This document shows positions 1 through 12,667 of a stretch of DNA of 64,000 bases, one piece after another. Below the pieces are notes generated by a model that worked only from the letters and a program-made list of their open reading frames with translations, was not told the DNA's origin and did no database searches. Both the position numbers and the translations under genes were made by a program. Source of the stretch: Camelus ferus (taxonomy: Eukaryota); contig NC_045696.1 in assembly GCF_009834535.1 (NCBI RefSeq), positions 108,998,001-109,062,000 of the forward strand, read 5' to 3'. Numbering within the stretch: position 1 is the first letter of the stretch; every line of letters starts with the position of its first letter.

Positions 1-1159
1 TGTAGAGAGATGTGGGGCAGTGTGGTCCCCATGGCAACCCATGGCAGCTCTGGGTCGGAGGAGCAGAAGCAGACACAGAGATGAGCAGAAGTGCATCTGA
101 GAAGCAGGTACAAGTCAGCACCTGGGGCCCAGAGCCCCACCAAGGGCTTGGACTTGACCCCATGTGGGTTTGCGCAGGGAGTGGCTTACTCAAATCTGAG
201 CACAGCAAGAGGTGGAACCAGAGGAGACAACGTCAAAGGCAAAGTCCCCCAGGAGCCAAATGGCCTGGAGGCCATAGTGATGGGGCTGCCAAGAGTGCAG
301 GGACACCGAGAATGCTCAGGAGGGGACCTGGCACAGCATGACTGGGTGACTGCATGAAGAGGAGGAGAGGTGACAAGGTCCATGGAGGTGCTTCCAAAAG
401 AGAAAGGGGTCAGAGGAAGACAAGCACAGGCAAGGTTGTGCTTGTGAGGAATTAAGCTGCGAGGCAAGAGCGTGGAGGCAGCTCCCCAGGGAGAAGGAGC
501 AGAGTGGAGGTCTCACACAAAGTCAAGGGAAGTGCAAATGTCCTGGGGTGAGTAGACCAGGCAGGGACCGCCAAGAAGTGGAGAAGCAGAAATCAGAGGG
601 CAACCCAGAGATCTGAGCCCTCTCAGATAGAAGAAGGGAGGACCAGGACAGTGGCGGGCAGGACATCCTGGGAACTGGCCACAGGGGGGCAGTAGAGCAG
701 CCGGGGAGCAGGGGGCCACGACCCCAAGTCAAGAGGGAAAGGGACCGCGAGGAAACAGAATAGCAAGGTTTGGTCACTCTTAGGAAGGTTTGAGTGAAAT
801 GGGGAAGAGAGAAAGGTGTGAAGTGGACTTGAGGAGAAAAAATTTTTAAATGGGAGAAGCATGAAGCAGAAGCCAACAGAGGCACAGGTGGAGAAACAAG
901 AGGAAAAGTGCCAGGCTCCCAGGAAGTCAGAGGGCACGTGTGCCAGCCTAGGTGCCTTTGGGGGTAAGTGACAGAAAACCTGATCCACCCTGACCTAAGA
1001 AGCAGAGAATTTGTTGGCTCACAGAACTGAAACATTCCAAAGTAGTCTGACTTCTGGCACAACCAGATACAAGGATTCGAGTAAGATCACAAGATCTGGT
1101 TTCTCCCCCTCTACCCCTGAGTCCTCACCGTCGACTCCATCCTCAAACAGATTCACCTT

Positions 1160-2151
1160 TTTTTTTATCCTTTTTTTGAAAAAATGGGGGTATAATTCAC
1201 TTATAAAATTCACCCTTTAGAAGTGTACAATCACACTTTAATTTTTTTAAACATTATTCACAAGATTGTGCAACTATTATCACTATCTAATTCCAGGACA
1301 TTTCCCTCACCCTTCCACCAAAACCCCATCCCCATTTGCAATCCTCTCCCGTTTCCATCTACCCTCAGCCCCTAGAAACCACTCATCTACTTTTTTTTTC
1401 TCTACGTACTTGCCCATTCTGGTCATTGCATGTAAATGAAATCACAAAATATGTGGACTTGAGTATCTGGTTTCTTTCACTTGTAATTTTTTCACCCATG
1501 TTGTATATATCAGCACTCTATTCCTTTTTATGCCTAAATAATATTCCATTGTAATGGATACAACACAGCTTGTTTATCCATTCATCAGTTAATGGATATT
1601 TGAGTAGTTCCCACTTTTTGACTATTATAAGTAATGCTACTATGAACATCCATGTATAAGTTTTAATGTAAACTTTTTTTTTCATTTTTAAAAAAACTTT
1701 AACTGAGGTAAAGTTGATGTACAACATTATATTTGCTTCAGGTGTACAACATAGTGATTCAATATTTTTGTAAATTATATTTCATTTATAGTTATTATAA
1801 AATAGTGGCTATATTTCCAATACTATACAAACATACCCTTGTAGTTTATTTCTTTCGTACATAGCAGTGTGTACCTCTTAATTCCTTACTCCTATGTTGT
1901 CCCTCCCACTTCTCCTCCCCACTGATAATCACCAGTTTGTTCTATATATCTGTGAATCTGCTTCTTTTTTGTTATATTCACTAGTTAGCTTTACTTTTTA
2001 GATTCCACATATAAGTGATACATTAAGTATTTGTCTTTCTCTGACTTATTTTGCTAAGCATAATACACTCCAAGTCCATTCATGTTGTTGCAAATGCCAA
2101 AATTTCATCCTTTTTTATGGCTGAGTAACATTTAGTTTTAAATATATATAT

Positions 2152-2197
<46 letters not shown>

Positions 2198-2300
2198 CTT
2201 CTTTATCCAGTCATCTGTTGATGTACACTTAGGTTACTTCTATATCTTGGCTATTGTAAATAATGCTGCTATGAACACTGGGGCACGTGTATCCTTTTCA
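1160..2300 (-). mobile_element. LINE-1 3' end remnants (older L1M-type ~1160-1680 followed by a second L1 3' UTR ~1690-2300)
   Basis: Typical antisense L1 3' motifs (tataattcac...aagtgtacaa; ttatccattcatcagttaatggatattt; gctgctatgaacac). ORF 1518..1727 resembles the L1 ORF2 C-terminus. Confidence 0.8.
2141..2196. repeat. (TA)n(CA)n microsatellite
   Basis: Directly visible. Confidence 0.95.
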
Positions 2301-3780
2301 TTATGAAATATTTCAAACACACAGAACAGCACTGTTGATACCCAAAACGTAAGAAATACCTACCACTGGAAGTGAATAAAGGTTAAAATTTTTCTATGTT
2401 TGCTTCAGATCTTTTTTTTAAAGAAAGTAAACTATTACAGATGATCGATGATCTATGTGAATCCCTCCCCAGTTCTCTCTCTCCACAGAGGAATCACCAT
2501 TCATGAAGATCTAGTACGTCCGTGGTAACCACCACGTAGAACTCCAGTGCAGGAGGGAGGAGGCCATGATGGGTACAACCATCCCAGCCACAGACACGTC
2601 CCAGTTGGTGAGCTTTACAAACTCTACTGTGATAAACAGTCTCTGTGAGATCTGAGCTGGATCGTGGGGCATGTACATTTCCACTTTATTAGGTGGTCCC
2701 AAAATGCCCCCTGAATGTGTCGGAAGAGTTTATATTCCCTCCAGGCAGCTATGAGCGGTCCATTTACCCACAGCACAGCATGGCATTGCCGACCAGCCAT
2801 GCCATCCTCTCACGTGAAAGGGGGAATTCACTGCTCTTTTCAGGAGTACCATCTCTTTCCCAAGGCTGACTCTTTAAGGAACTACCTTACAATGTTGAAC
2901 CACTGCCTGACTTTCTTCGTTGGTTCTCACTGTTCTCTTCGTGATAAAAGCTCAGATTGTGGGCATCCAAGATCCTCCAGAGCATTTCCCCAAGTGCTCT
3001 TATCAAATCAGATATCCACTAGTTAGAACTGATTTTTCCCCCAAGGTTAAATTTTAGATGCAGAGGGGCCGCGTGTGGATTTAGGAGGAGTATTCCGTAT
3101 TGGAGGCAAACAACTTGCAAAGCTGTCTGTGAACATAGCTCAGAGAGCCTGAAAAATCATATTTGCTTTGAGTTATCTAGTTGATAATAGTTGAAACCCT
3201 TTGCTTGTGCTCAGAAATTGCCAGTCCCCAAATTCCAACTTTTTAACATGCGCTGGCTCTATATTTACCTAAAGTCTTTGATCCAATTACCTCGGTGTTT
3301 TAGTCCCCCTGGAACTGGAACAAAGACTAAAGAGCTTTATCATGACTGAAATCACCATCAGCCTCATCAACAAGTAATGTGAACTGAGTCACAGTGAGCC
3401 TGGGCAGCACTGGTGTTATGCAAAATATTTAATGATCCACCCCACGCAGGGGCTGATCAATCCAATCAGACAGCAGCTGTCAACAGCCTGGCGCAGCCGG
3501 ACAGGGTAAGCCAGCTAAAGGGCAAGCCGGGCCGAGAGCCCCCCGTCATTACTGCACAGTCAGACTCTTGCATTACAAGGGCTGCAAGCATTAGGGCTGG
3601 AAGCTTGGTAGAGGGGGAAGCCTGGACATCACCCTAACACAGAACAGGCTCACGAAGAGGAGGGAAAGGGGCTGCTGCTCTGAATCCATGGTGTGTGCCC
3701 CTCTGACTGCAGTCTGCCCCAATTCCATCTGCTGCTAATTTGAAGGCTGAGGGTCTCCGAGGTGGAGGACAAATTTTTTG

Positions 3781-3920
3781 GGTAGTGAGGGTGAGAGGGA
3801 TGGTGGTAGAGGTGGTGGAGATGGTGGTGGAGGTAGTGGGGGACGGGAGGGTAGAGGTGGAGGTGATGACGGTGGTAGAGGTGGTGGAGGTGGAGGTGAA
3901 AATGGAGGTGGAGGTGGTGG
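3781..3920. repeat. (GTGGAG/GGT)n low-complexity repeat
   Basis: Directly visible; it produces the VEV/poly-H/poly-T pseudo-ORFs. Confidence 0.9.
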
Positions 3921-3929
3921 CCTCCTGAC

Positions 3930-3974
3930 AGGAATGCGTCACTGAGATGTGCCTTATTAGGAAGGGAGCACCTG
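3930..3974. promoter_or_regulatory. Candidate muscle enhancer core: M-CAT, CArG box and E-box
   Basis: AGGAATG (reverse CATTCCT) at 3930-3936, CCTTATTAGG at 3952-3961 and CACCTG at 3969-3974. Confidence 0.45.
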
Positions 3975-4839
3975 TGTGCAAATCTACACGATGTGAGTGG
4001 CCGTCGACCTGAAGAGCTGTTGCGTTCAGTTAAAAAAAGAAACAAATGATTTTCTCATGATCATTAGCTGGACACCACTCAGCTCAGACAGAAAGCCATC
4101 TGGGTGTTCCTGAAAGCAGCTCCAGGAAGTGCTCTTGGCTTGTCTTGAAGGTCAAGGAGGGAGGGAGCTCACAATACGGCCTCCTAGTTCTGCTCCTGGC
4201 TCTGGGTGGGCCCAGCTCCTGGGGCCAAGGGCCTGCTGGTAGCTCCGCTCCTGGGCAGCTCACCTGCACAGTCTTTTTCAACCTTTGACTTCCCTCTCAC
4301 GCCAAGGTGGATGGCTGGGCAGACAGGGGGGTTATGGTCATGGGCTTCTTGGCTTCCTGGCCCCATGACCTGGCCAGGGGCACCTGCGAAGCAGCGAGTC
4401 AGGGCACCCCAAGAGTTCACAAAGTGCAGACTTGGCATTTACACCTTTTGACAGGCCCCACGCTCCTCCTTCCAGGGCAGCCTCAGGTGCAGCCACGGGC
4501 CCTCTGGAGCCCCACATTTCCAGTTCCTGGCCCTTCCACCAGGAGAGTCCCAGCAGAGACCTGTGGTCTGGTGGGGGACAGCCTCCTGCAAGCCCTTCCT
4601 CGGAGGATGGAGCGTGAAGTTTGCCGGCCACTACATTCGAGCCAGAGAGGGCCCTTCCCAGAAGGGTCACGAGACAGATGTGTCTGTGAAGCAGACCCAT
4701 GGGCGTTCCACTGGGTTTTTTACAGTCAAGCTGTAAAATAGTAATTATTATTATTATTATTATATATTATATAATTTATTATTATTATATGTGTGTATGC
4801 CCCTGGGGGGGGCACACTATTAGTCTCTGCCCCTGGGGC

Positions 4840-5560
4840 CTGCTAACATGTGGTGTTTGAGTCTGGTTCCCCAAAGGCTTCTCAAGCCCTTGTAATGTCC
4901 TGGGTGATAGGAGGACAGGTGTGCCAATGAGGGGACCCTGGTGGCCTCCTGGATGAGGGCTGGTCACCAGAAAGACTAAGCATGATCAGAAGCTTGGCAC
5001 TTTCGGCCCACCCTGCATCCCCCTGAGAGGGGAGAGGAGCTGGAAAGCGAGTTACTAATCGATCATGGCCAGGGGAGGAAGGCTCCCTAAACATCCCCAA
5101 AGCGTGGGGTCTGGAGAGCTTCCAGGTTGGCCCCCGAGGGCGATGCACCCCAGCTTGAAGGGACAGAAGCTCCTGTGCTGGGGACCCTTCCAGACCTCTC
5201 CCTGTGTTTTTCTTCATCAGGCTGTTCATCTTACCCACTATCCTTTGTTATAAATTGGCAATGAACTATTTTTCTACGTTCTGTGAGCCCCTCTAGCAAA
5301 TTATTAAACCTATGGAGGCGTGGTGGGAACCTCCAATTTGTAGCCAAGTCAGACAGAAGTGTGGCTCACCTAGGGACATGTGACTTCAGATCTGTGTCTC
5401 AAGCGGGGGGGCAGTCTTGTGGGACTGAGCACTTAACCTTCAGGGTCGACGCCAGCTCCAGGCGGTTAGTGTCAGAATTTCTTGGTGTGAAAATCCCACA
5501 CACCTGGTGTTGGTTTGAGTCTTGGGAGTGCAGTGTAGTGTGAGAGAAAAAACACAGCCA
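4840..5560 (+). mobile_element. Solo LTR, MER21-like (ERVL class)
   Basis: Recognised motifs gggctggtcaccagaaagac, ggacagaagctcctgtgctggggacccttccagacct, ctagcaaatta and ggggcagtcttgtgggactgagc. Boundaries approximate. Confidence 0.75.
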
Positions 5561-6469
5561 GCTGCGACCAGACACGAGTCTACCGATTTCTAAACACGAT
5601 GTGAACTTAACCATCCTGGTGTACATTTTGTCGTCTGAATTACTCCGCATCTGCTCAGAGAGCCCCGCCCCCAGTGCCATCGAGTCATCTCCTGCCAACA
5701 TCTCCGGCCACATCTGCCTTCCCCGGGGGGAGGGCTGGGCCCCACGGTGGGAGTTGCCACAGTTCCAACACCCAGTCATGGTGTCCCCTGGCTGCCCAAG
5801 AGGAGCCGGGGAACAACCTGGAAGACCAGGGAGCTTGATTAATGCCTTCTGGAGTGCGCGTTCATCAGCGAGGGGTAAAACACAGCAAGGAGCAGGGAGA
5901 TGACTTCTTTGACCTTTCAACCAAGGGAAGATAGTCCATTAATTTTCTCTGGAAACAACCCATGTGCCTTGAGACTGAGGCTGGTTTAGTATCACGCCCT
6001 CCTGAATTGTCCTTCCGCTTGTCACTGCCTCATGACCATTCCCCCTCACCCCGGCTGCCCCGGGGCATCCCAACCCCACCCGCCTCTCAGGAAGCGTTAG
6101 CAGGTGAATTTACCTCCGGCTCTGTCTCCTAGAGTACTTAGAAGGACAGGAACCTGAAATCACCTCGCTCCCTTCCGGCGGCACAGGGAACACGTTTAGG
6201 GGGAACACTGAGTTGGATGATTACAGCCTTGGCAGATCTGCAAGACACATGAGGGCTGAATTTGGGAAGAGACATTTACAGTGGGAGGAGATGGTGATGG
6301 GGAGAGGACTAGCGTGGGGCTGGCATTGGAGGCCTTGCACATGGATTGGGTGGGAACAAGGTGGAAGGAATCAAGAAGGCTGAGTCCGGGATCCCAGCCT
6401 GAGAGGCAACAGAGCCATTTGTGGGAAGAGGGGAGAGGTTGGGAGTGACCCGGGGTTTCAGGGTAACAC

Positions 6470-6650
6470 AGGCCAGGATTCTGGTCCAGGCTCTGCCATT
6501 CACTGGCTGTGTGACCTTGGGCATATTACTTGTCATTTCTGGGCCTCATTTCTTCACCTCTGCGGTGGAGTCCATGCTGACTCTTACCCTATTTAAGAGG
6601 ATGGAATGAAATAATATTCAGCACAGAGCCGGGGCCATAGCAGGAGCTTG
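6470..6650 (+). mobile_element. MIR SINE
   Basis: MIR core ggctctgccattcactggctgtgtgaccttgggca...cctcatttcttcacctctg. Confidence 0.75.
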
Positions 6651-7029
6651 AAAAATTAACATTTCATGTTATCTCCATTGTCTCAGCCCAGCCACTGAGT
6701 TTCCTCAACTGCACAGGGCTTAATCATGACCTTTTATGGTGCCTCCCAGTCCACCCATCCGGGGCTCAGCAGGCCCCCAGTTCTTCCTGGCATCACTGGT
6801 TGATGAAACAGAAGATGTGGGATGCCCCCAGGTCTGTGGAGACTTCCCTCAGAGCCCTCCCAGGCCTGGCCTCGCCCACCCAGGGCCCCACAGTGTGAGG
6901 AGATGAGGGAGGGGGAAGGGGAGTGGGAGGGGGAGGGGGAGGGGCCCAGCCTGTCTTCCCCTGGTGCAGTGTCCTGACTCCGCCTGGTGCAGTGTCCTGA
7001 CTCTGACTGGTGTGACCCCACAATAGACT

Positions 7030-7165
7030 CTCCTGAGGACCCTTCTGGAAATGCAGATTCCTGGCCTCCCCTTGACCAGCAAATCAGACTGGGGATGGGC
7101 CAGCTCCTGAACTTGAATGTGGCCTCCGTGATTCTGCTGCCTACTAACATCTGAGGACCATTGTC
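7030..7165. mobile_element. MER5-like hAT DNA transposon remnant
   Basis: aaatgcagattcctggcc...aatcagact...gtgattctg...tgaggaccattg. Confidence 0.55.
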
Positions 7166-7309
7166 AGGACCCTGGCCCCGGGGTCCCCGGTCAGTGTGAC
7201 TTCTTCCCTCTGAAAGCTCTCCTTTCACCAGGAACCTGACCAGAGCCTCTGTCTGTCCACCGCCACTCCGGCCCAGCTGCCCCAGCACGCGCCCTCGCTC
7301 CCTGTCTCC

Positions 7310-7780
7310 AGGCGTTTCTTTGCCCCTCTCCATCTCTCCCCGACCCCGACGGCCTCTGTCTCTCTCCATGTCTCTAGTTCTCTGGGTCTCTGTAGTGTTT
7401 CTGTCCGTCTCTGTCCCCTACCACCCTCCCTCTCTCGGCCCCTCTCTTGGCTCCTCTGCCTCTGTTGTTCTCTTTGTCTCTCCTTCTCTCTCTCTGTCTG
7501 TCCTTCTATTTCTCTCCCTTCGTTTCTGTCCCTGTCTCTCTGTGTCTCTCATTCTCTGTCTGCCTCTTTCTGTCTGGGTATCTTCCTCTCATATATCTCT
7601 CTGCCTTTACGTGGCTTCTCTTCCTCTCTATGTCTTTCTGTTTCTGTCTTTCTGTCTCTGTCTCTGTGTCTCTGTGTCTCTGTCTCTCTGTCTCTGTCTG
7701 AGTGTCCCTCTGTCTCTCTCTGTCTCTGGCCCTCTCTGCCCCCACTTCTCCCTCTGTTTCCTCCCCTGCCCTCTCCCTCC
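7310..7780. repeat. (TC/TCTG)n pyrimidine-rich simple repeat
   Basis: Directly visible; source of the SL-rich and RE-rich pseudo-ORFs. Confidence 0.92.
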
Positions 7781-10756
7781 CCGGAGGCCTGCAGGCTGGT
7801 GGCAGAGCAGATGGCTGTCAGGCCTTGGCCCGAGGCCCGTGTCATCACAGAGGCTCCTCCCTCCGTGGCAGCTTGTCAACAACCACCTGGGGAGTGCAAA
7901 CTGTCCTGCCACAAGCAGGTCACTGTCACCACTGTGATCCAGGGCCTGGCCCAGCCCTGGGCCCAGCCTGCCTCGGGTAACCCTGCGCGAGGCCAGCTCC
8001 CGGCTCTGCTTGCGCAACCCCGGCTCCAGGGCCAGAGGCCCGGCCGTGCGGGAGGGGGGCCTCGCACCCAGGAGGCTTTTCCCAGGCTCTTCCCAGAGGC
8101 AGCACTGGGAGGCAGGGATCCTCCATGGACGCGGGCCAGCCCTGATCCCTCACTGAGAGGCATGGTCAAGGCCTCTACCCTGGCCCCTTCCCTTAGCAGG
8201 AAGAAGCAGCCAGGCTGGGTGGTGTGCCTGAAAGCCACCTGATTTCTCCCAGACCTGCAGGGTGGGGCCAGAAGTGGCCTTGTGCTGCTGACCAGAGGCC
8301 AGCCCTGCCCCACTTCTGTCTGCATAGAACATCGGTGGCCAGTGAGAAGCCAGGGCCCCCCACACCCCTGTTGCCCATCTAGTGCCCTCCTAGGCCCTTC
8401 CCTTCTTCCCTGGAGCAGATCCCAAGGCAACTGAGGAAACCTCTGCACTGGAAGAGGGGAAGGGGTCGCAGGAGCCCTCACTTACCGTGTGCCACGCAGG
8501 GGGCCAGGGCCTGCCACTGAATCCAGAACAGCCCGTCAGGCAGGGATCAACATACCCATTTGTTCAGATGAGGAAACCAAGGCTCAGAGAAGGGCCATGA
8601 CTCCTCCAAATTCTACGGCACCAGTCAGGGACCAAATGGCCCTGTTATACGCACGCACAAGCACGGAACTGCCTTAAAGGAGCGCCTGGCATGTGCAGGG
8701 AGCAGCTGCTTTAGGAAAACATAGATGAATGGCACAGCCCTGGAAGCACAGCTCCCCACGATTGTGGTACATAGGCCACCACCCTGATGTCCCTGAGGTA
8801 CCACAGCAAGGTGCTCCTTCCTTGCAATGTACAGAGGCGCCAGGGTTGCAGGCGTGTGGCCGAGTCCCAGGTTCAGGGCCTGGCCTGCACTGCTTGTGAA
8901 CAGTCACCACCATGCACCAGCATGTGCCAGGCCAGTCTGCACTACCTCGCTCTGTCTCCTACCCTGGGCAGCAGGCATGATGGCTGCTGGGCTACAGATG
9001 GGGAGATTGAGGCTCTGACTTGCCTGGCAACACCGGAACTTGAGCTCCCTGGGTCCCAAGTGGCTTTTTTAGAATGAAAATTAAAACACCTGGCAGGGGC
9101 CCCCACCCCAGACCCATGGAAGTGAAGGGGAGGCAAGAGAGGCTCTCTTGCACTCAGTGGGCCCAGCAGGTGTCGGGGTACCAGACACCAGAGCAGTTCC
9201 TGCGTGTGCACAGTCTCTGGAGGGAAGGCCTGGGGTTTGTGTATTTCATGCATCAAGGAGGCCCTGCGGCTGCAGCAGCCCGGAGGCAGCTGAGCCTGCG
9301 TTCTGCCCTTCCTTGTCCCCAGCAGCCCCCCTCCCCTGGCCCTCCTGGATGGAGGGAGGACGGGATGGCAGGATGCAGCGGGAGAAGGCCCGGCTCATGT
9401 TCCCCTCTCTCCCTGGCAGGGATTACATGGTGAACAAGGACAGCTGAGCTGGCAGGTGGGGCCGGCCGTGCCGAGGGGGGAGCTGGGGAGGAAGGACGGC
9501 CGAGGGAACGGGGCCCAGAGCAGCCGCACTCCTCACACATACCCCTTCCCAGCCCAGCGTGAGGGGCTGAGCCACTGGACCCAGGACTGGTACCCGGGCA
9601 CCTGCATTCCTATGCCCCGAACCTACTCTCCAGGGCAGGCAGGCAAAGACCAAGCTGAGATGGTTCTCAACAGATAGACAGACAGACTGACTCCAGAGAG
9701 GAGAAGACCTACAAGTTTGTAGGAAGCAGCAGGGCCCAACTGAATAAGACCTATGTAATTCTAGAACCTCTAATTAATGCTGCCATCCCCACCCAGCCTC
9801 TGTCATGTCCTCTGCAGCTGTTGGAAGGCATCTGTCTGGGAAGCTGCAGGGCTCCCCTCACCCTGAGTTGTCACCAGAGTCCTTGGTTGCTTGGACCACC
9901 TTCCTAACCATTTGGGAACACTCCAGCCTTGAAACAGAGATTGACAATCAGTGGTCCGTAGAGGTTCATCCAACTGTCAGGGAACTATTTGATGACATCA
10001 AATGATAAGAACTGGGTCTGGATCCAGAAAGTGCCAGGGATGATGTGTCAGCTGAAAACTGCACATTGGGGCGTCAGAAGGGCCCAGAGCTGGGACTCAC
10101 GGCTGCTGAAGCCCGAACAGCTGGGAGGTAAAGCTGAGCTCTCCTCCCTGGGGCTCTACTGGATTTCCACAGAACCCCACCCCCAGGAGAAGATCTTGGA
10201 CCGGAAAAGCAAAGCAAAACTTGACACTGAACTGGCTGCGAGAATGCCTGCAAGTTCGGCCTGAGGGTGCTTGCAGACCTGAGCCTGCATCCTGGCAGAG
10301 AGGGTCCAGGACCAGGAATCTTCCAGGAGGACCCTGAACCTGGCACAGCCACTAAGGGAGGCTCCAATTCCGTGACAAACAGATGCAACCTGGCATCCAA
10401 GTCCAAAAGCTGGGCATTACCCCACAACCTCCTTCTCACTGAGCACCTGGGAGCCAGTTGACTTTGTGGTTCCTGTCCACATGCACAACTTCAGGAAACG
10501 TATTCCGGAAGTTAACTGTCAAATAGCCCACTCTTCAATTGTCCTGGACCGACTTGCTTCAAGTTCTCACTCTGATCCTCTGTGTTAGGCATATTCAACC
10601 TAGCCCTGCTCTTCAAGTTTTATTCATGGTTAACAGATGCCTACCTGAACCCTAGTTCCTCATCTCCAAAATGCACCTGAAAGTCTGTTGGGATAATTAA
10701 GTAAGACTAGTGAAAGTACCTAGCACCTAGCATGGAGTGGACATTCAATACATATT

Positions 10757-10911
10757 TTCCTTCCTTCCTTCCTTCTTCCTCCCTTCCCTCCTCCTTCCTT
10801 CCTTCTTCCTCCCTTCCCTCCTCCTTCCTTCCTTCTTCCTCCCTCCCTCCCTCCCTCTTCCTTCCTTCCTTCCCTTTCTTCTTTCTTTTCTTTCTTTCTT
10901 TCTTTCTTTCT
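10757..10911. repeat. (CCTT)n/(TTTC)n polypyrimidine repeat with a 30-bp higher-order unit
   Basis: ccttccttccttcttcctcccttccctcct occurs more than twice and runs into the gap. Confidence 0.95.
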
Positions 10912-11011
10912 NNNNNNNNNNNNNNNNNNNNNNNNNNNNNNNNNNNNNNNNNNNNNNNNNNNNNNNNNNNNNNNNNNNNNNNNNNNNNNNNNNNNNNNNN
11001 NNNNNNNNNNN
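10912..11011. other. Assembly gap (exactly 100 N, likely a placeholder of unknown size)
   Basis: Run of N directly after a (CCTT)n/(TTTC)n microsatellite. Confidence 0.99.
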
Positions 11012-12199
11012 CAGGATGACTCTGCAGCTACAGCTGGAGGAGAGACCACGTTGGAGACCCCCCCACCCCCCTACTGCCCTCGACACCACCCCCAACCAGA
11101 CCCCACCCCTCACCTTGGTCTTCTGCTCTGCACGAAAGACTCAGGGCCGGGTGCCTGAGAGCTCGCCTAGACTCGGCCTTAAGGTTTTACCATATTGCTC
11201 TCAGCACTGATGCCCTAACCTGTAAGGGGTATGTCCAGGGTGCAGTGTGAAGGAGGAGGCCTGGAGCATCCCGAGCCTCTGGGGGCATTGCTCTGTGAAA
11301 CACCGGCTAGCCCCACATCCCCAAGGAGAGGTACCGGCAGGTCATGAGGACTGGCCTGTGGGTTCAAGGTCCCAGCAGGAGGTGACCAGCTCTCCTTGCA
11401 ATCTGAGTCAGTATCCTTTTAGGGCAGAATTCCTGGGAGTACGGCTCCAGGACAAGCCCTGGGGCCTACTCAGTGGGCCACTGTGACCTGCTACTGCCCT
11501 GAGCATCACAAGAACAGGCCAGGGCCCCTTCTTCTCTGAAATGGACTAGCAGCACTCAGCTCTCCCCAAAACAAAAGTAAGCAATACCTAACTAAAGGGA
11601 GGATGGATTGGCAACCAATGATTTCCCTTAGTTCTGGCCACACCCCTGGATGGGGTCATGTGTTACCCCTGTTGACAGAGGAGAAAGCTAAGATGTGGCT
11701 GCTGTGGTCCCCGAGCAAGGGGCCACTGTCAGACCTGCGGGGTGGCGACAAGGCTGGGATGGGGCCTGCCAGTCATAAGAGCCCCGCCTGGCTTTTGTGG
11801 GCCACTCACATGCCACCTCCCAGCGTCCAAGGCTTCCAGAGGGTCAGAAGAGAGTGGCCTTGGCACCCTGCAAGTAAGACAGCATCCTCTGTAGGTCAGG
11901 ATGGGATGGGCCCAGCAGTAAGACCTGCTGGGAGCCTAGACCGAAGTGAGGGAGAGGCTGCCCTGCTCTGGGGCTGAGCTGGAGTCCACACTAACACTGA
12001 CCCATTCCTTCCACAAAAAGCATCTCCAAACGCCGGCGCTGGGGAGCATCAGAGAACACAACAGACAAAGGTGCCTGTCCCAGTGGAGCTGACCCCCTCG
12101 TGAGGGCGACTGACTGACCCTAACAATAAAAATGCAAGGAGTCAGATAAGGCCAGGGGAGAAGGTAAAGCAAGAAGCAGGTGAAAGGTGCCCACGCGTG

Positions 12200-12667
12200 C
12201 GTATCAGTTTCCCCGGGCTGCTGTAACATATTATCCCAAACTTGGCGGCTTAAGAAATTTATTCTCTTTAACAATTTGGAGACTACTAGTCCCAAATCCA
12301 TCACGCTGGGCTAATCAGTCTCTCGGGTGGCAGGCAGGTTCCTTTTGGAGGTGCTAGGTGAGACTCTTTTCTCGACTCTGCCGGCTTCTAGAAGATTCTG
12401 GCACTTCTCACTTGTCACTGTGTCACTCCAATCTCTGCCTCCATCATCACTTTGCCTTCTCCCCGTACAAGTGGTTAAGTCTCCGCATTTTATAGGCATC
12501 CTGGTGCTTATGCTGGGCCCACCCGGATAACCCAGGATAACCTTCCCATCTCGAGACCCTTAATGTAATCACGCCTGCAGAGTCCCCTTTGCTGTATAAG
12601 GTAACATTCACAGGTTCCTAGAATTAGGACATGGATATCTTTAAGGGCCGTTATGCAGCCTACCACA
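12200..12667 (-). mobile_element. MaLR solo LTR (MLT1C/D-like)
   Basis: Starts gtatcagtttccccgggctgctgtaaca and ends aaggtaacattcacaggttcc...gcagcctaccaca (reverse of the TGTGGTAGGC start). Confidence 0.8.

Noticed and set aside
3634..4045. Poly-His, poly-Thr and VEV ORFs
   Set aside because: They are products of the GGT/GTGGAG low-complexity repeat.
7320..8017. Long SL-rich and RE-rich ORFs
   Set aside because: They are translations of the (TC/TCTG)n simple repeat.
7950..8140. CpG-enriched patch as the KY promoter or exon 1
   Set aside because: It is short and has no MELKKD-encoding sequence or matching donor nearby.
10720..11210. ORFs spanning the N run
   Set aside because: They are artefacts of the microsatellite plus the assembly gap.
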